The notes under the pieces: model-generated | Database searches by the model: none | The model's input: only the letters and a program-made list of their open reading frames with translations | What the model was told of the DNA's origin: nothing | Source of the DNA: Camelus ferus | Taxonomy: Eukaryota | Assembly (NCBI RefSeq): GCF_009834535.1 | Contig: NC_045697.1 | Span: 109,990,001-110,054,000 of the forward strand | Direction: 5' to 3' | Length of the DNA stretch: 64,000 bases | Shown here: one piece after another, positions 13,260 to 25,590 of the stretch | Position numbering within the stretch: position 1 is the first letter of the stretch | Layout: each line of letters starts with the position of its first letter | Translations under genes and position numbers: made by a program

Positions 13260-13812
13260 TGTTACCCCAAAAGGGGAAGGTGGCCCAATTCTTGTCATAC
13301 CCAAAAGATAAGAATTCAGTTGAGAGACAAAGCATTGTGTAGTCAAAGATTTTAAAAGATTTATTTAGGAAAGGAAAAGCACACCGCCAAGAACAAGAGA
13401 TGGGCAGATCCAAAGGTGGATAGCAGTGGTCTTTGTTTGCCCCCTTCTCTTACACCCTCGCTTGAGGTGGTCTCTTGATTGATTGACAGCTCTTGCCCCC
13501 GGAGCACTTAGTCATGCTCGGCCCCTCTTGCACATGTCCTTACCCATGACGCACATAGAAAAACCCATGGAGTGGGGGGCTAAACCGAGTGCTAATTATA
13601 TTACAATGAGCACTGGGTCATGTCCGGTTAGGTCCTTGTTGCTACAGCACAGTTGTGGCTGTCAGGTTCTAACCAGTTTCTTACTGGCTCTCATTTAGAG
13701 GAAGTAAAGCCCCTTTATGCTGAAGGCAGACATACCACCTTGTTCTGGACCATCCTCTCTCTCCTCCACCGATCTGCCCAATGCCCCTACTTACTTCTCT
13801 AACTACCGAACA
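13260..13812 (-). mobile_element. Solo ERV1-type LTR (553 bp)
   Basis: TGTTA...AACA termini, TSD AAAC/AAAT (one mismatch), minus-strand AATAAA near the left end; related fragment at about 50209-50367. Confidence 0.85.
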
Positions 13813-15639
13813 AAATGATGGTTTTTAATATCTCCAAGCAATAAGGGGGTTTCCCTTATTATTGGAATGGAGAAAGCCCAAGTGTTTGTATCTAAATAGC
13901 TTCATTTTTTTTTTTTTTTGAGAGAAAATTAAAGAGGGCTAGGCTGTGTGAAGATATATTTATCTGGAGGTGGAGAGGTGGAATTTGAGGGTATTTATAT
14001 CACTGGGCCCTTTTTTGGTGTCCTAGAAGATGAGGTCATCTCTGCACATGATGCAAGGGAAGCGAAAGAGCTAATCTGAGGCCTGTGCCGTGTGGGGGAC
14101 AGAAAGGGGCTGAGGATGAAAGGACTGATGAGGTGTAATTAAGATCCAAGTGAGGGTGCAACAGATACACATGCGCCAGTGGTTAATTGTTACAACTTTG
14201 TTATATTCTTCAACTGAACTCAGCAGGTCAGGAACAGAGCAAACGGATATGTTGGGGTTAAGTGAGGGTTATGAATTATTGGCCCCAACACTCAGAGACC
14301 ATGGCGGTGAGGCACTCAAAGATGCTGGCAAGGATGTGGTTGAGATTATTGACTATGGGGTCCAAGACGGGCAAGAACTTTGGAGCCAAAAGAAGTTTGG
14401 GACGGGAGGGAGGCAGAGTGGGACTGGAAAATTCACAAAAGGTATTAATTGTACAAGAAGTGGAAGAACTGGAAAAAGACATTGCAGAGTGAAATCTTAC
14501 TGAGACGGCAGTTCCTGGCAGTAGCAGTGTCTGTACTGGGGGCCTGCGAACAGAGCGATGTGTAGGAATGGGGTGAAAAGTCAGAAACCACGAGGTGGGG
14601 AAGATGCCTGAATCATCACATGAATCGTCTCATCTAGGATGATGCTAAGACTCTGGCTGAAGAAAATATCCATGTACAAATGTGAACAACCTAGCTCCTG
14701 AAAACTTGTTGCCTTTTTTGATTTTCTGTGACAGTGTTGCTCAATTGTCAGTTAATTAAGCTTTTAAAGGATCCTAAGAGTCTGGAAGTTCCGCCAGAGA
14801 AGACTTTCAGGCCAGCACTGAGCAGACTGTGTCCGGAAAGCATCCAGAGGCAGCAGGGACCAGGAACTGGAGCTGTGGAATCCTGGTGGGGTCCTGCTGT
14901 TGACTTACCCGTGTAACTCGGACTACATAACAACCTCTCTGGGGCCCCTATCTGTGAAATGAAAGATTTGGTTTATGTGGTTTCCCAGGAATTTTCTGGC
15001 TCTAACTCACATTCAGTTCCAGTGGAATATTTGTTTCTAACCTTTCCCATGTTGCTGTCGAGTTAGCCTAATTGCTACCTCTTCTGCACTGATTTCATTC
15101 TGCCCCGTCTCACCCTCAGATGACTCCTTCTTTCCACTCAGCGATAACAGTCTCAGCGAGCTCAGGATAATTCCCCCAACTGCCAAAACTATTTCCAAAA
15201 TGCAAGCTTGCGGCTGCTGATTCACACACTGCTTGAGAAGCACTCTGTCTTTGTGACTGGTTTCCCACATGCTCCATTACATCCAGAGACCAAGCCGTCA
15301 GTGAAAACGGGATTATCAGGGGAAATGGCCATTGGTGATGTTCTTGTGAGACTTAAAGAAGTAAGAAAGATAAAGATTTCAAATCACCAACATCATAATT
15401 ACTAAAGAGCAGAACGTTAGTTAGATGTGCATGGCCTCTGCCCTTGGGTACCTTAAAATTGAAAACACTCCAGCTTAATGCCAAACATATAAACCCACAC
15501 AAAACACCATGCAAACATCATCTTGTTGAGTGAATAAATAAATAAATGATTTAGGAGTCAACAGATACAACCCAAGGGCTCTCATTGAGGCTTTGGGTCT
15601 CCCTGCAATGTATGTTTGGAGTTCTTATGTGTAGGGCCA

Positions 15640-16110
15640 CCACCATGGAATAAATGAGAAGATAAGCAGAAAGAGTGTGGGATGCAATAAGAGACATTCT
15701 CAGCACAGTGCCTGAAGGAGCTCCCCCTTTCACAGAGCTGGATGAAATGAAGACACAGAAGGAGCTGATAGGAGAGGGAAATGGGTCAGTAAAGTTCCAC
15801 AGTATCAAAGACAAGATAGTCTGAGGAAAAGAGACTGGTCTACAGAGGAAAATGACTCAGGTGAGTCAAAGAAGATGAGGATTGAAATAAGTTACTGGAT
15901 TTGTCCATTAGGGGGCCATGAGAGTTTCCATGGAATTTTGGGGCAGGATGCAGACAGTATGAGTTTACATAGCAAATGACTGGAGTACAGGTGGTACTTC
16001 TAAGACCAGACTATTCTTTCAGAGAGATAGGGAACAAAACTTGGTACTTAAGGGGGTAACAGAGATAAAAGAGAAATTTGTGGGAAGAATAAAGACTTGG
16101 CCTGTAGTTA
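15640..16110 (-). mobile_element. L2 fragment(s)
   Basis: Purine-rich antisense L2 motifs, e.g. aagatgaggattgaaataagttactggatttgtccattagg. Confidence 0.5.
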
Positions 16111-16120
16111 AAATAAAAAG

Positions 16121-16821
16121 GAAGATGGTCAACAAGCACATGAAAAGATGCTCAGCATCACTAACTGTTAGTGAAATACAAATCAAAACTACAATGAGAT
16201 ATCACCTCACACCAGTCAGAATGACCATCATTAAAAAGTCCACAAATGATACATGCTAGAGAGCCTGTGGAGAAAAGGGAAGCCTCCTACACTGCTGGTA
16301 GGAATGTAGTTTGGTGCAGTCATTATGGAAAACAGTATAGAGATTCCTCAAAAGACTAAAAATAAACTTACCATATGATCCAGCAATCCCACTCCTGGGC
16401 ATATATCTGGAGAAAAACATAATTAAAAAAGACATATGCACCCCAATGTTCACAGTAGCACTATTTACAATAGCCAAGACATGGAAACAACCTAAATGTC
16501 CATCGATAGATTAATGGATAAAGAAGACATGGTGTGTATACACACACACACAATGGAATACTACTCAGCCATTAAAAAAGAATAAAATAATGCCATTTGC
16601 AGCAACATGAATGCACCTGGAGATCATTATTCTGAGTGAAGTAAGCCAGAAAGAAAAATAAAAATACCATATGGTATCACTTATATGTGGAATCTTAAAA
16701 AAAAAAGGGGGGGGACACAAATGAACTTATCTACAAAACAGAAACAGACTCACAGACACAGAGACATGGTTACCAGCAGTAGAGGGGGTGGGAAGGAATA
16801 AATTGGGAGTTTGAAATTTGC
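16121..16821 (+). mobile_element. Young cetartiodactyl/camelid-type L1, end of ORF2 plus part of 3' UTR
   Basis: Translates to L1 ORF2 C-terminus (NKHMKRCSASL...[12 protein letters not shown]); 3' UTR aaatgaacttatctacaaaacagaaacagactcacagac. Confidence 0.92.
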
Positions 16822-16965
16822 ACCTCTTGGGGAGTGATGGAGAAGTTAGCTATCTTGGTTGTGGTGGTGGTTTCATAGGTATACACACCTGAAATATGTG
16901 TAGTTTACCATACAGAAATTATACCACAATAAAGGTGTTTAAAGTTTTTTTAATTAAAAAAAAAG
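16822..16965 (+). mobile_element. Older L1M-type 3' terminus joined to the young L1
   Basis: ggggagtgatggagaagttagctatcttggttgtggtggtggtttcatagg...ataccacaataaag followed by an A-rich tail. Confidence 0.65.
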
Positions 16966-17499
16966 AGAGAAGAATTGATAGGCAGCAAGTACACTGAAGA
17001 TACACAGAAGAAGGGGAGTACAATGGATGAAGCAGGAAATGGGGGAGAGAGATGAGATCACAATCGCAGGTGAAGGAAGGAGAGGAGGGGATGGTGAAGA
17101 GATTTTTGAGGTTGAGGATGAGGCTGGAGGATGTCAGCCCAGAGGCAGATATATAACTGGCCAGTAACATTTTATGTGGAGAGTTTCTTAAAGATTCCAG
17201 GCACAGGAAGAGGGGAGAAGAAGCAGAGGGACATGATCAAAGAGGTAGACGTAGAAAATTCTAGAAGCAGAAGAATTAGAACAAGTCATTGACCTACTTC
17301 TCTGTATGCCCAAATCTGGGCTGGAAGACATTGTTTCACCTGCCAAACAAGAAATAATTTTCCAAAAGGGAAGAAATGATTGGCACAAAGGTCGATTCCC
17401 TCACCTCTGTTACCATTGCCTCCTCTACTATGGGTAATATGTTGGAAAGGACAGGGGGAAAAAATTGTTGATTTCTAGGAAAGATTTCTGCCCACATAT

Positions 17500-20400
17500 T
17501 TTCAATTTTACTTTGACTATTCTTGACTCTTTCCACTTCTATATAAAATTTAGTATCTGTTTGTCAATGTACACACACACACCCATACACCAGCTTGGAT
17601 TTTGATTGAGATTATATTGATATATACTGTGATATATAGCATGTATTAGATTAATATGAAGGTATAATTCCAGTACTGAGTGTTCTAATATGTAAACATA
17701 GTATGTCTAGCATTTATTGGATCTTGTTCAATTTTTCTCAGCAATGTCTTGTAGTGAAGTGTGGAGGAATATGTGTAAACATGTTTCTTTAGATTTCTGA
17801 CAAATAAAGTGTATTATTTTATTTATTAATTATTATTATTATTATTATTTATTATTTCTCTTTATTATTGAAATACAGAAGTACATTTAATTTTTGTATA
17901 TTAATCTTGTATTTGGTAATCTTGTAAAATGTTTTATTTATTAATTTTATAATTTTTAAATTTGTAGGCTTCTATGCATGCCCCACTGTCATCTTCTAAA
18001 GACAATTTTCTCTCTTTCCATTTATTAAAACTCTTTATTCTCCTTGCCTTGTTGACATGGATAAGACCTCAAATACAATGTTTAATAGAAAAGGTGACAT
18101 TGGGCATCTTTGACTCATTCTACATTCTTTAAGATCAGTATGTAAAAATTAAACATGGTTTTTGAGGGGTAAATACTCTTTATCAGAGAAAGAAAATTTT
18201 TGTAAATACTCATCCTGTTCCTGGTTTGCTAAACATTTTAAAATCATGAATTGGTATTAAATGATAGTAAATATTTTTCTGTATTAACTGAGATGACTAT
18301 ATAATTTTTCTCCCTTTTTCTGTCAATGGGTAAATAACATTGTCATTATATGTTTGTGTATATATGATATATATCTGGATTTAATTTGCTGGATTTTAAT
18401 ATTTTCATTTAAAAAGTTATGTTCTTAAGAGACTGGCATATACTTTTTCTCTATTGTAATGGCCTTAGATATTTTGAAGTCACAGTTTTAATGCCCTCAT
18501 TAAAGATGCAATTATTCTCTTCTCTGGAAGAGTTTGTGTAAGATTGGTGTCATTTCTTTCCTAAACATTTTGGAGAACTTACCTCTAAAATTAGGTGGGA
18601 TTGGAGATATCTTTGTTTGTAATTAAAAAGATTTTTAATGACAGATTCAATTTCTTTAATGGATATGAGAATATTCAGATTTTAAAATTTTCTTCTTGCA
18701 TCAATTTTGGTAAACTGTGTTTTTTTAGGTATTTGTAGACATTAAACTTCAAAATGTATTGGAATAAAGTTATTCATAAAGTCCCCTTATCTTTTTAACT
18801 AATATACTTTATACTTTAGAATAGTTTTAGAGTTTTAGAGAGATTGAGTAAGTATTATAGAATATTCCAATATACATAGTTTCCCTTATTATTAACATCT
18901 TACATTAGTATGGCACTTTGTTACAACTAATAAATTAACATTGATTTTTATGTCTCTCAGGCTTCTTTTGGTGTTGACTGTCCTTGTTTTTGATGACCTT
19001 GACACTTTCGAGGAGTGCTGGACAGATATAGTGTAGGATGACCCTCTGATGGGATTTCATTATGCCCCATGTATTTCTTATTGTTAATCTCTCTTTCTAG
19101 AATATCTATTACTCCATCTTTCAGTTCACTAATCTTTTTTATGTCCAAACTGCTGTCAAGAGTATCTATTGAATTCCTTATTAATACTATTGCATTTTTC
19201 ACTTCCGTAATTTCCACTTGATGTTTTCAAATATATTTTAGTTTCCTACTGAAATTCTCCATCTTGATACTTATTTTCTTAAATATACTGCCACAATTGA
19301 AAGTCTGTGTCTAATTCTTCAATAATTGGGTCATCAATAGTCATTTTTTCTTTTTCTTTTTGGTCCCATTTTTTGGTATGCTTGACATTTTTTGATAAAT
19401 AGACTCTATTATTTAGAGAAGTTTTAGGTTCACAACAAAATTGAACAGAAAAAAGGAAGAGTTCCCATATAGCCCCTGCCCAACCTGCTGCCCTTGCCCC
19501 CTCCCCCCCACAGCTGCCCTACTATCAACATCCTTCACTCGAGTGGTACATATTTTACAATCAATGAACCTTATTGACACATTACTACCACTCACAGTTT
19601 AGTTTATTCTTGATGTTGTACATTCTATGGGTTTTGACAAATGTAGAATGACATATACCCATCGTTATAGTACTATACAGAATAGTTTCACTGCCTTAAA
19701 AATCCTCTGTGCTCCACCTGTTCATTCCCCCCTCCCCCCAATGCCTGGCAATCACTGATCTTTTTCCTGTCTCCATAGTTCTGCCAGCATACTTGGCAAT
19801 TTTTGAATGAATGGAAGACTGTATATGAGGAAGTAAGGAAACTGAATGACACTGCCTTCTTCCTGAAGTGGGTGGGGAGGCCCTTTTATTCTTTGATGGG
19901 CAGCTGTGGTGGGACAGATCACCTCAATCCAACCAGTGACTAGACTGGCTTGAAGCTGAGTTCCAGTGAGGCTTGGTCAACTCTTGTTTTCCTCTGCTCC
20001 TAGAGTATAGATTTCAAGAGGTCTCACTGAGAATCTGGGATGTTTGCTAATAGTCCTTTTCTTTGGAAGTTTTCAAAGTTCTTTGTCTCTTCAGTCCTCT
20101 GAGACTGCTGAAAATAACACTCTACATTTCAGAAACTTTTTTGAGTAGTTACACAGCATTTTTTCCCTGAGTAGATTAATATTTAGCAAATTCCTCTGGG
20201 CAGAAAGCACTAAACATTTACTTATTTCTTTGCACTTTCCTTTCTTGGCCCCTCAAGTCCTAGATGCCTCGGCATCCCTAACTATAAATGTTGTCTTCTG
20301 AGCCCAGAAGATTGCTTAAAGCTCTTGAGTTTTCAGCCTCTTGTCCAGGGCTGGAATCAGCAAATGCCTCAATTCATAATTTGTTTCAAGGAATGTCAGT

Positions 20401-20560
20401 GCACCTTTCTTCTGAGATCTTGGCTCATCAATCCTAGTTACCTTAGTAGTTCTTTGATGACCTTCAGGAGGTCAAGAGAATTTTTATAGGTGTTTTTATC
20501 CAGCTTTTCTAGTTGCCTCATCAGAAGCCTTGGCTGCTGAAAGCTACTCCATCTTAGCCC
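17500..20560 (-). mobile_element. Old L1M (ORF2 to 5' region), with nested L1MC-type 3' ends at about 18800-19080 and 19390-19785
   Basis: T-rich antisense L1 ORF2 motifs; nested ends such as gttttaggttcacaacaaaattgaacagaa...cctggcaatcactgatctttt. Confidence 0.8.
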
Positions 20561-20839
20561 AACAAGCTTAAAATTTGATAAATGCCATTATCCATTTCTT
20601 TAAAAGTTCTGTTAGAAATTTTACACTATTTCTTTTACTCCTTGAACTGGTTTATTTACTCATTTTACTCTACTTTCTCCATAGGTTTTCTATGTAACTT
20701 AGAATCCTTATGTAATATAATTTTAGACTTAAATGTCTTTTGATTGCTGTATAATATTTTTCTTAAACCAAATGAGCACACAATATTTTTAGAATTTAAT
20801 TTTTTTGACCAACAGTTTCTAACCCTCTAAGTCTCTAAT

Positions 20840-21018
20840 TAAATGGGTCTCATCTTTGTCTGCATTTTGAATTACCTAGGGAGCTTTAAGACTTGCTGCT
20901 GCATAGCTCCTACCCCTATACTATACATTATTTAATTGATCTTCAGTGCTTTGTTGTTAAGGAATCTTTAAATCTCTCCAAGTCTTTATAATGTGCAGCC
21001 ATTGCTGGAAATTCTTGC
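20840..21018. mobile_element. MER5-like hAT element
   Basis: gaattacctagggagctttaa...ataatgtgcagcca...gaaattcttgctcta. Confidence 0.6.
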
Positions 21019-21499
21019 TCTAAATGTTAGAAAAAATTTCCTCTGGTTTGAGTAATTATTGGAAACTTAGTAGGTGTACAATTAATCACAATAAATTAAA
21101 TATGTTATAAATTTTGATGAACTAGAGTTCATAGACACCAGTATTTCAAACTGTACTCTTGTCATTTCAAAGGCTTTCACACTTTGTGGTAATGCATCAA
21201 TAGAGATTAAAGATACATCTTTCTTTCTAGATGGGTAAGATATGCCTTTTTTTAAGCTTAATAAGGGCCTTTGTGGGAGGGGAGGGGAGAAGGAAGTACC
21301 TTCAACCAAAGACACATTCTCAGGTAGATCAGTATTAGGAAAGAGCACAAATGCAGCTCGAAGATCTACAGCTTGAACGTCTTAAAGCTCTCCTTGCCAC
21401 ACACCCACACACCCAAAATCTTTCCGTGTCCCTCAAATCAGGGAAGGGGTGCACCCCAATGAAAACCATTGTTCTTCAGCATAGCAGACAATGTTCCTT

Positions 21500-21905
21500 T
21501 TCCCCTTCAAATTAACTCCCCACCTTCTCCATATGCTCTCTGCGTCTGGAGGCTGATCTAAATAGATAATACCATCAACACTTCTTGCCCTCTGGCTGCT
21601 GGTTAGGTTTATTCAGTGAGATAGGGAGGAGAGTGAGGTCAGGCAGTTGATCTTCCAGTTCCCTTTCAGCAGGGTTTCCTAGGCAAAGCTGATTCTCTTG
21701 ACTCAAAGTCCCAGTTCTTTTTAGGTGACCATCTCCCTATGACTTTCTCCTTCCAGTTTTTAAATAGTTACTCTCTCCTCTTGTCCCCTTGGGCCTAGAG
21801 CAGGTAATAGCCTCGGGGCATTTCACTATCCCCTGTGATGTCCTTACACCATTTGAAAATAGTCTCTGTATTAAATTCTTCTTAAATTATTTTGATTTGC
21901 ACATA
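21500..21905 (+). mobile_element. LTR33-like ERVL LTR
   Basis: cttgccctctggctgctggttaggttt...gggaggagagtgaggtcagg...atagtctctgtattaaattct resembles recalled LTR33. Confidence 0.65.
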
Positions 21906-22045
21906 TGTGGTGGATACCTCTAGGGAGAGAGGAGCCCTCGGTATGACTCAGTGGCTTCCACAGAGGTTGACTGGGATCAGGGATGTCACAGAGCCAGGGT
22001 TCTAATTCCTCGTATTCTCTAATTACAGAGCACAATAGCTATCTC

Positions 22046-22842
22046 TTTTTTTAATTAAATTAAATTTAATTTAATTTTTAAAATTGAAGTATAGTCAGTT
22101 TATAATGTGTCAGTTTCTGGTGCACAACATAACATTTCAATCATACATAAACAAACACACACTCATTCTTTTCCATTATATGTTACTATGAGATATTGAA
22201 TATAGTTCCCTGTGCTTGTACAGAAGAAACTATTTTATATATAGTAGTTAGTATCTACAAATCTCAAACTCCCAATTTATCCCTTCCCACCTCCTTTACC
22301 CTCTGGTAATCATATTTGTTTTCTATGTCTGTGAGTCTGTTTCTGTTTTGTAAATAATTTCATTTGTCTTTTTTCTAGATTCCACATATGAATGATATCA
22401 CCAGGTCCATCCATGTTGCTACCAATGCATTATTTTGGTTTTTTTTATGGCTTATTAGTATTCCATTGTATAAATATACCACAACTCTTTATTCAGTCAT
22501 CTGTCGATGGACATTTAGGTTGTTACCATGTCTTGACTGTTGTAAATACTGATGCTGTGAACATTGGGGCACATGTGTCTTTTTGAATTATATTTTTCTC
22601 TGGACATACACTCAGGAGTGGGATTGCTGGATCATATGGTAAGTCTGTTTTTAGTTTTTTTGAGGAATCTCTATACTGTTTTCCATAATGGCTGCACCAA
22701 ACTACATTTCCACAAGCAGCATGGTAGAATTCCCTTTTCTCCACAGCCTCTCCAGCATTTATCACTTGTGGACTTTTTATTTGTGGCTATTCTGATGGGT
22801 GTGAGGTGATACCTCATTGTAGTTTTGATTTTCTCTGAAAAT
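22046..22842 (-). mobile_element. Young 5'-truncated camelid-type L1 with internal deletion near 22392
   Basis: Poly-T tail at left; aattgaagtatagtcagtt 3' end; ORF2 C-terminal translation; 15-bp TSD cacaatagctatctc / cacaatatctatttc (22031-22045 / 22843-22857). Confidence 0.92.
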
Positions 22843-23255
22843 CACAATATCTATTTCTGACCAAACCTCAACAGACAAACCTGGTATTCTGACTCTGTCA
22901 ATATACAGATCTCAGATAATGAATGCTTCAGCTGAACTCGTTCAAAACTCATACAATGAGTACATGGATTTTCTGGTCTGGATCATTTCCTGCCCACATC
23001 TTTATATGCTTGGTGAATGAGGGATAATTTGACAACACCAAAGAAAGAATGTCAGACATACACAATACGTACAGTCTTCAATCACTTTCCCCCATTTACC
23101 CCTTATTTATATACAATTCTGTCTTTTGTTGTTCACAAATTGTTTCTTGAAAGTTGGTCTCCTCTTCTTAGCTAGATTGTAAGTTTCATGGGGACATAAA
23201 CCACAGAAGTAAATTCATTTGCAGTTGCTGTGGCCTGAAAATTTTCTACTCAGCT

Positions 23256-23779
23256 TGTTACCGAGTCCAAATTCATACTGCTCACCACAAAACAGGCCAA
23301 TAAACTGGGAGATGAGGTGTTGGGGCAAGAAATAATGGCCTTATTTGGAAAGCCAGCAGACCGAGATGACAGCAGACTAATGTCCTGGAGAAAGAACCAT
23401 CTTCCCCAAGACAGAATTCAGGCTCTTTTTATACTAAAAAGGGGAGGGGATGTGGTAGGTTGTTACAAACTTCTTGCTGTCAGAGTCCTTTTTTCTTGCA
23501 GCTGTCTGGGCAAATCAAGTCATGATATTCCTGTAAATCTCCAACAAGACAAATGTTATTCTCTGTTCTGCAACTTTTTATCTCTACATGAATGGAGAAG
23601 TATTATACCCTTAAAGGTCAGAGCCTTGAGAATGGGCTCTCCTGTATATTTCAGGCTCAAGGCAACGTTCTTTTACAAAAGGTGCAGAACTAGCATGACT
23701 GAGCTCAGGAAACAGAGCACAGGGTTAGAGCCAAAGGAACAGATCTAATATGGAGTCAGGTTTGTTCTTCCCTATTACA
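23256..23779 (-). mobile_element. Solo MER41-like (laurasiatherian) ERV1 LTR (524 bp)
   Basis: Minus strand starts TGTAATAGGGAAGAACAAACCTGACTCCATATTAGATCTG, as recalled for artiodactyl MER41; TG...CA ends; TSD AGCT/AGTT. Confidence 0.85.
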
Positions 23780-23869
23780 AGTTCTCTTCCTGCTCACTTA
23801 CCTTTTGCACATCCAACTTGGTGTCAAGCTTATCCAGTGAGTTCTTCACTTCAATCGTTGCATTTTCTT

Positions 23870-23970
23870 TGTTCATTCATTCATCAATGAAAATATTTAT
23901 TGAGTTCCTAATTCATGCTAGGCATTGGATTAGTTGTAAAACTGAACAGAGGACCCTGACTAGTGTTAAT
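23870..23970 (-). mobile_element. L2 3' end
   Basis: ttcattcattcatcaatgaaaatatttattgagttccta. Confidence 0.6.
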
Positions 23971-24064
23971 TAAATGAGTTTAATGACAATTGATTTTAAA
24001 AGATTGATCAGTTAAAAAGGATTGTATGCTCTTATTCAGCTTTCACAAACCCCATCTACTCTCA

Positions 24065-24630
24065 CTGTGACTATCAGAATTCTTGACTGAAAATGATACA
24101 AAATGACTCTGGGTAACTTAGGCAGAAAAGGAATTAATTGGGACAATACTTCATAAATTACAAACTCAACCGACAGTCTGGAGAATTAGCTGTAGAATAT
24201 AGGCAGACACCAAAGGAGGCTAGGCAGGAGCAGGTGAGAATTAGGCAGAACACACGTGGGGAACAGACAGCTGTCACAGCACTGATGATGGACACCTGAT
24301 GTATCACTGGACCCTTGACCCCGATGTCTCTCTAGAGACTGGAGATAAGAAGCAAGCACTTCTCCTACCTTTGGAAGTTGTTGTCAACTGTCTCTGCTCC
24401 TTATGCCACACTCACTCCAGACCGTGGGACACCACGGTGATCATCTGTGGAGGCGAATTTAGGTTCCTGCCAATTGCTAGGGATTTGGGACAATGAAGGT
24501 ATTCAGGGCTTCTTAGAGGTGGCACGCCACTTCCAATTAAGACACCCACACTGGAAGACTTCCCAAACATGGGAAGGAAGGCCACACGCTTGGAAGGCCA
24601 AGAAATGCTCCTAATTGTCCACTCTATTCA
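24065..24630. mobile_element. Old MaLR (MLT1-type) LTR
   Basis: tcagaattcttgactgaaaatgatacaaaatgactctgggtaacttaggcagaaaaggaattaattg. Confidence 0.5.
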
Positions 24631-24979
24631 TAATGAAGTTTGCAGCCAACACACAGGCAATGCAATTATGTATGGGTAAACGACTTAGGAATTGCTGAGT
24701 ATTCCAGACTCTCATGGAGGCAGGGTTTTCATGATAAATATTAATGACTTCTCCAGGAATTGAGCTATTCAGGAAGAATTTGTCATTGTTAGTTCACAAA
24801 AATATTTGTCAGGACACAGCAGAGCAGGGCTAATTCATTCACTCATTTCCATAAACATTTATGGACCACATGTTAAGTGTAAGGTGCTGGGAGGCAGGGA
24901 AACATGGCTGCCCCACCTCCTGCCATCCCAGGGTCAGCTTCCAGCCTGGTCTTGGGGCCTTTACTATAATTTAACCCAA

Positions 24980-25049
24980 TCTCTCTCTCTCCTCTCTCTC
25001 TCCTGTCTCTCTCTCTCCTCTCTCTCTCCTGTCTCTCTCTCTCTCTCTC
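24980..25049. repeat. (CT)n imperfect microsatellite / polypyrimidine tract
   Basis: Directly visible. Confidence 0.9.
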
Positions 25050-25339
25050 ATTTTACTTAGTGCTTCTCTTTTTCTAACTAAGAAAAGATTAGTTGACTGG
25101 TAAAATGCAGAAAATAACCCAATGTCAGAAATTTCACTATTAAAATGTTGAGTAAAAAGCATTAAATAAACCCAAAAGAGTATTCTGGCTAAAAAGATGA
25201 TATAAAAGCAGAGGAGATACAGCTACTAAGCAAAAAATGTGAAAGCCAACTTTTATTTCCCTCGTCTCCTACATCCAATATCCACTCTATGTCAACTTGA
25301 AGGTAATTCCATAGGAACACAACCACCATAGCTGTCAGT

Positions 25340-25590
25340 CATGGAGAAGCTACTCCGTTCCGTGGTGCTCTTTACTAAGCCCTTCAGGTACATTATTTCA
25401 CTTGGTCTTTACATCAATCCTATGAAGTCACCAAGGATTCTTATGCCCACTTGGTAAATTAGTGAACTGGTTCTCAAAGAGAGTAGGGGGAGCTTACCTG
25501 GTCACACAGCCAGTAAGTATCAGAGCTAGGAGCCAGCTTTACCTGAGTTCCAAGCTGCGCTCTCAAGCCTGGCTCTACACAGCTTTTCAC
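25340..25590 (-). mobile_element. MIR
   Basis: cattatttcacttggtctttacatcaatcctatgaag...ggtcacacagccagtaagtatcagagctagg. Confidence 0.75.

Noticed and set aside
16041..16477. ORFs resembling a real protein (also 22392-22809 and 49591-49815)
   Set aside because: L1 ORF2 fragments or their antisense frames; not host genes
23317..23748. 143-aa ORF, longest in the window
   Set aside because: Entirely within the MER41-like LTR, non-ATG start, no recognisable domain
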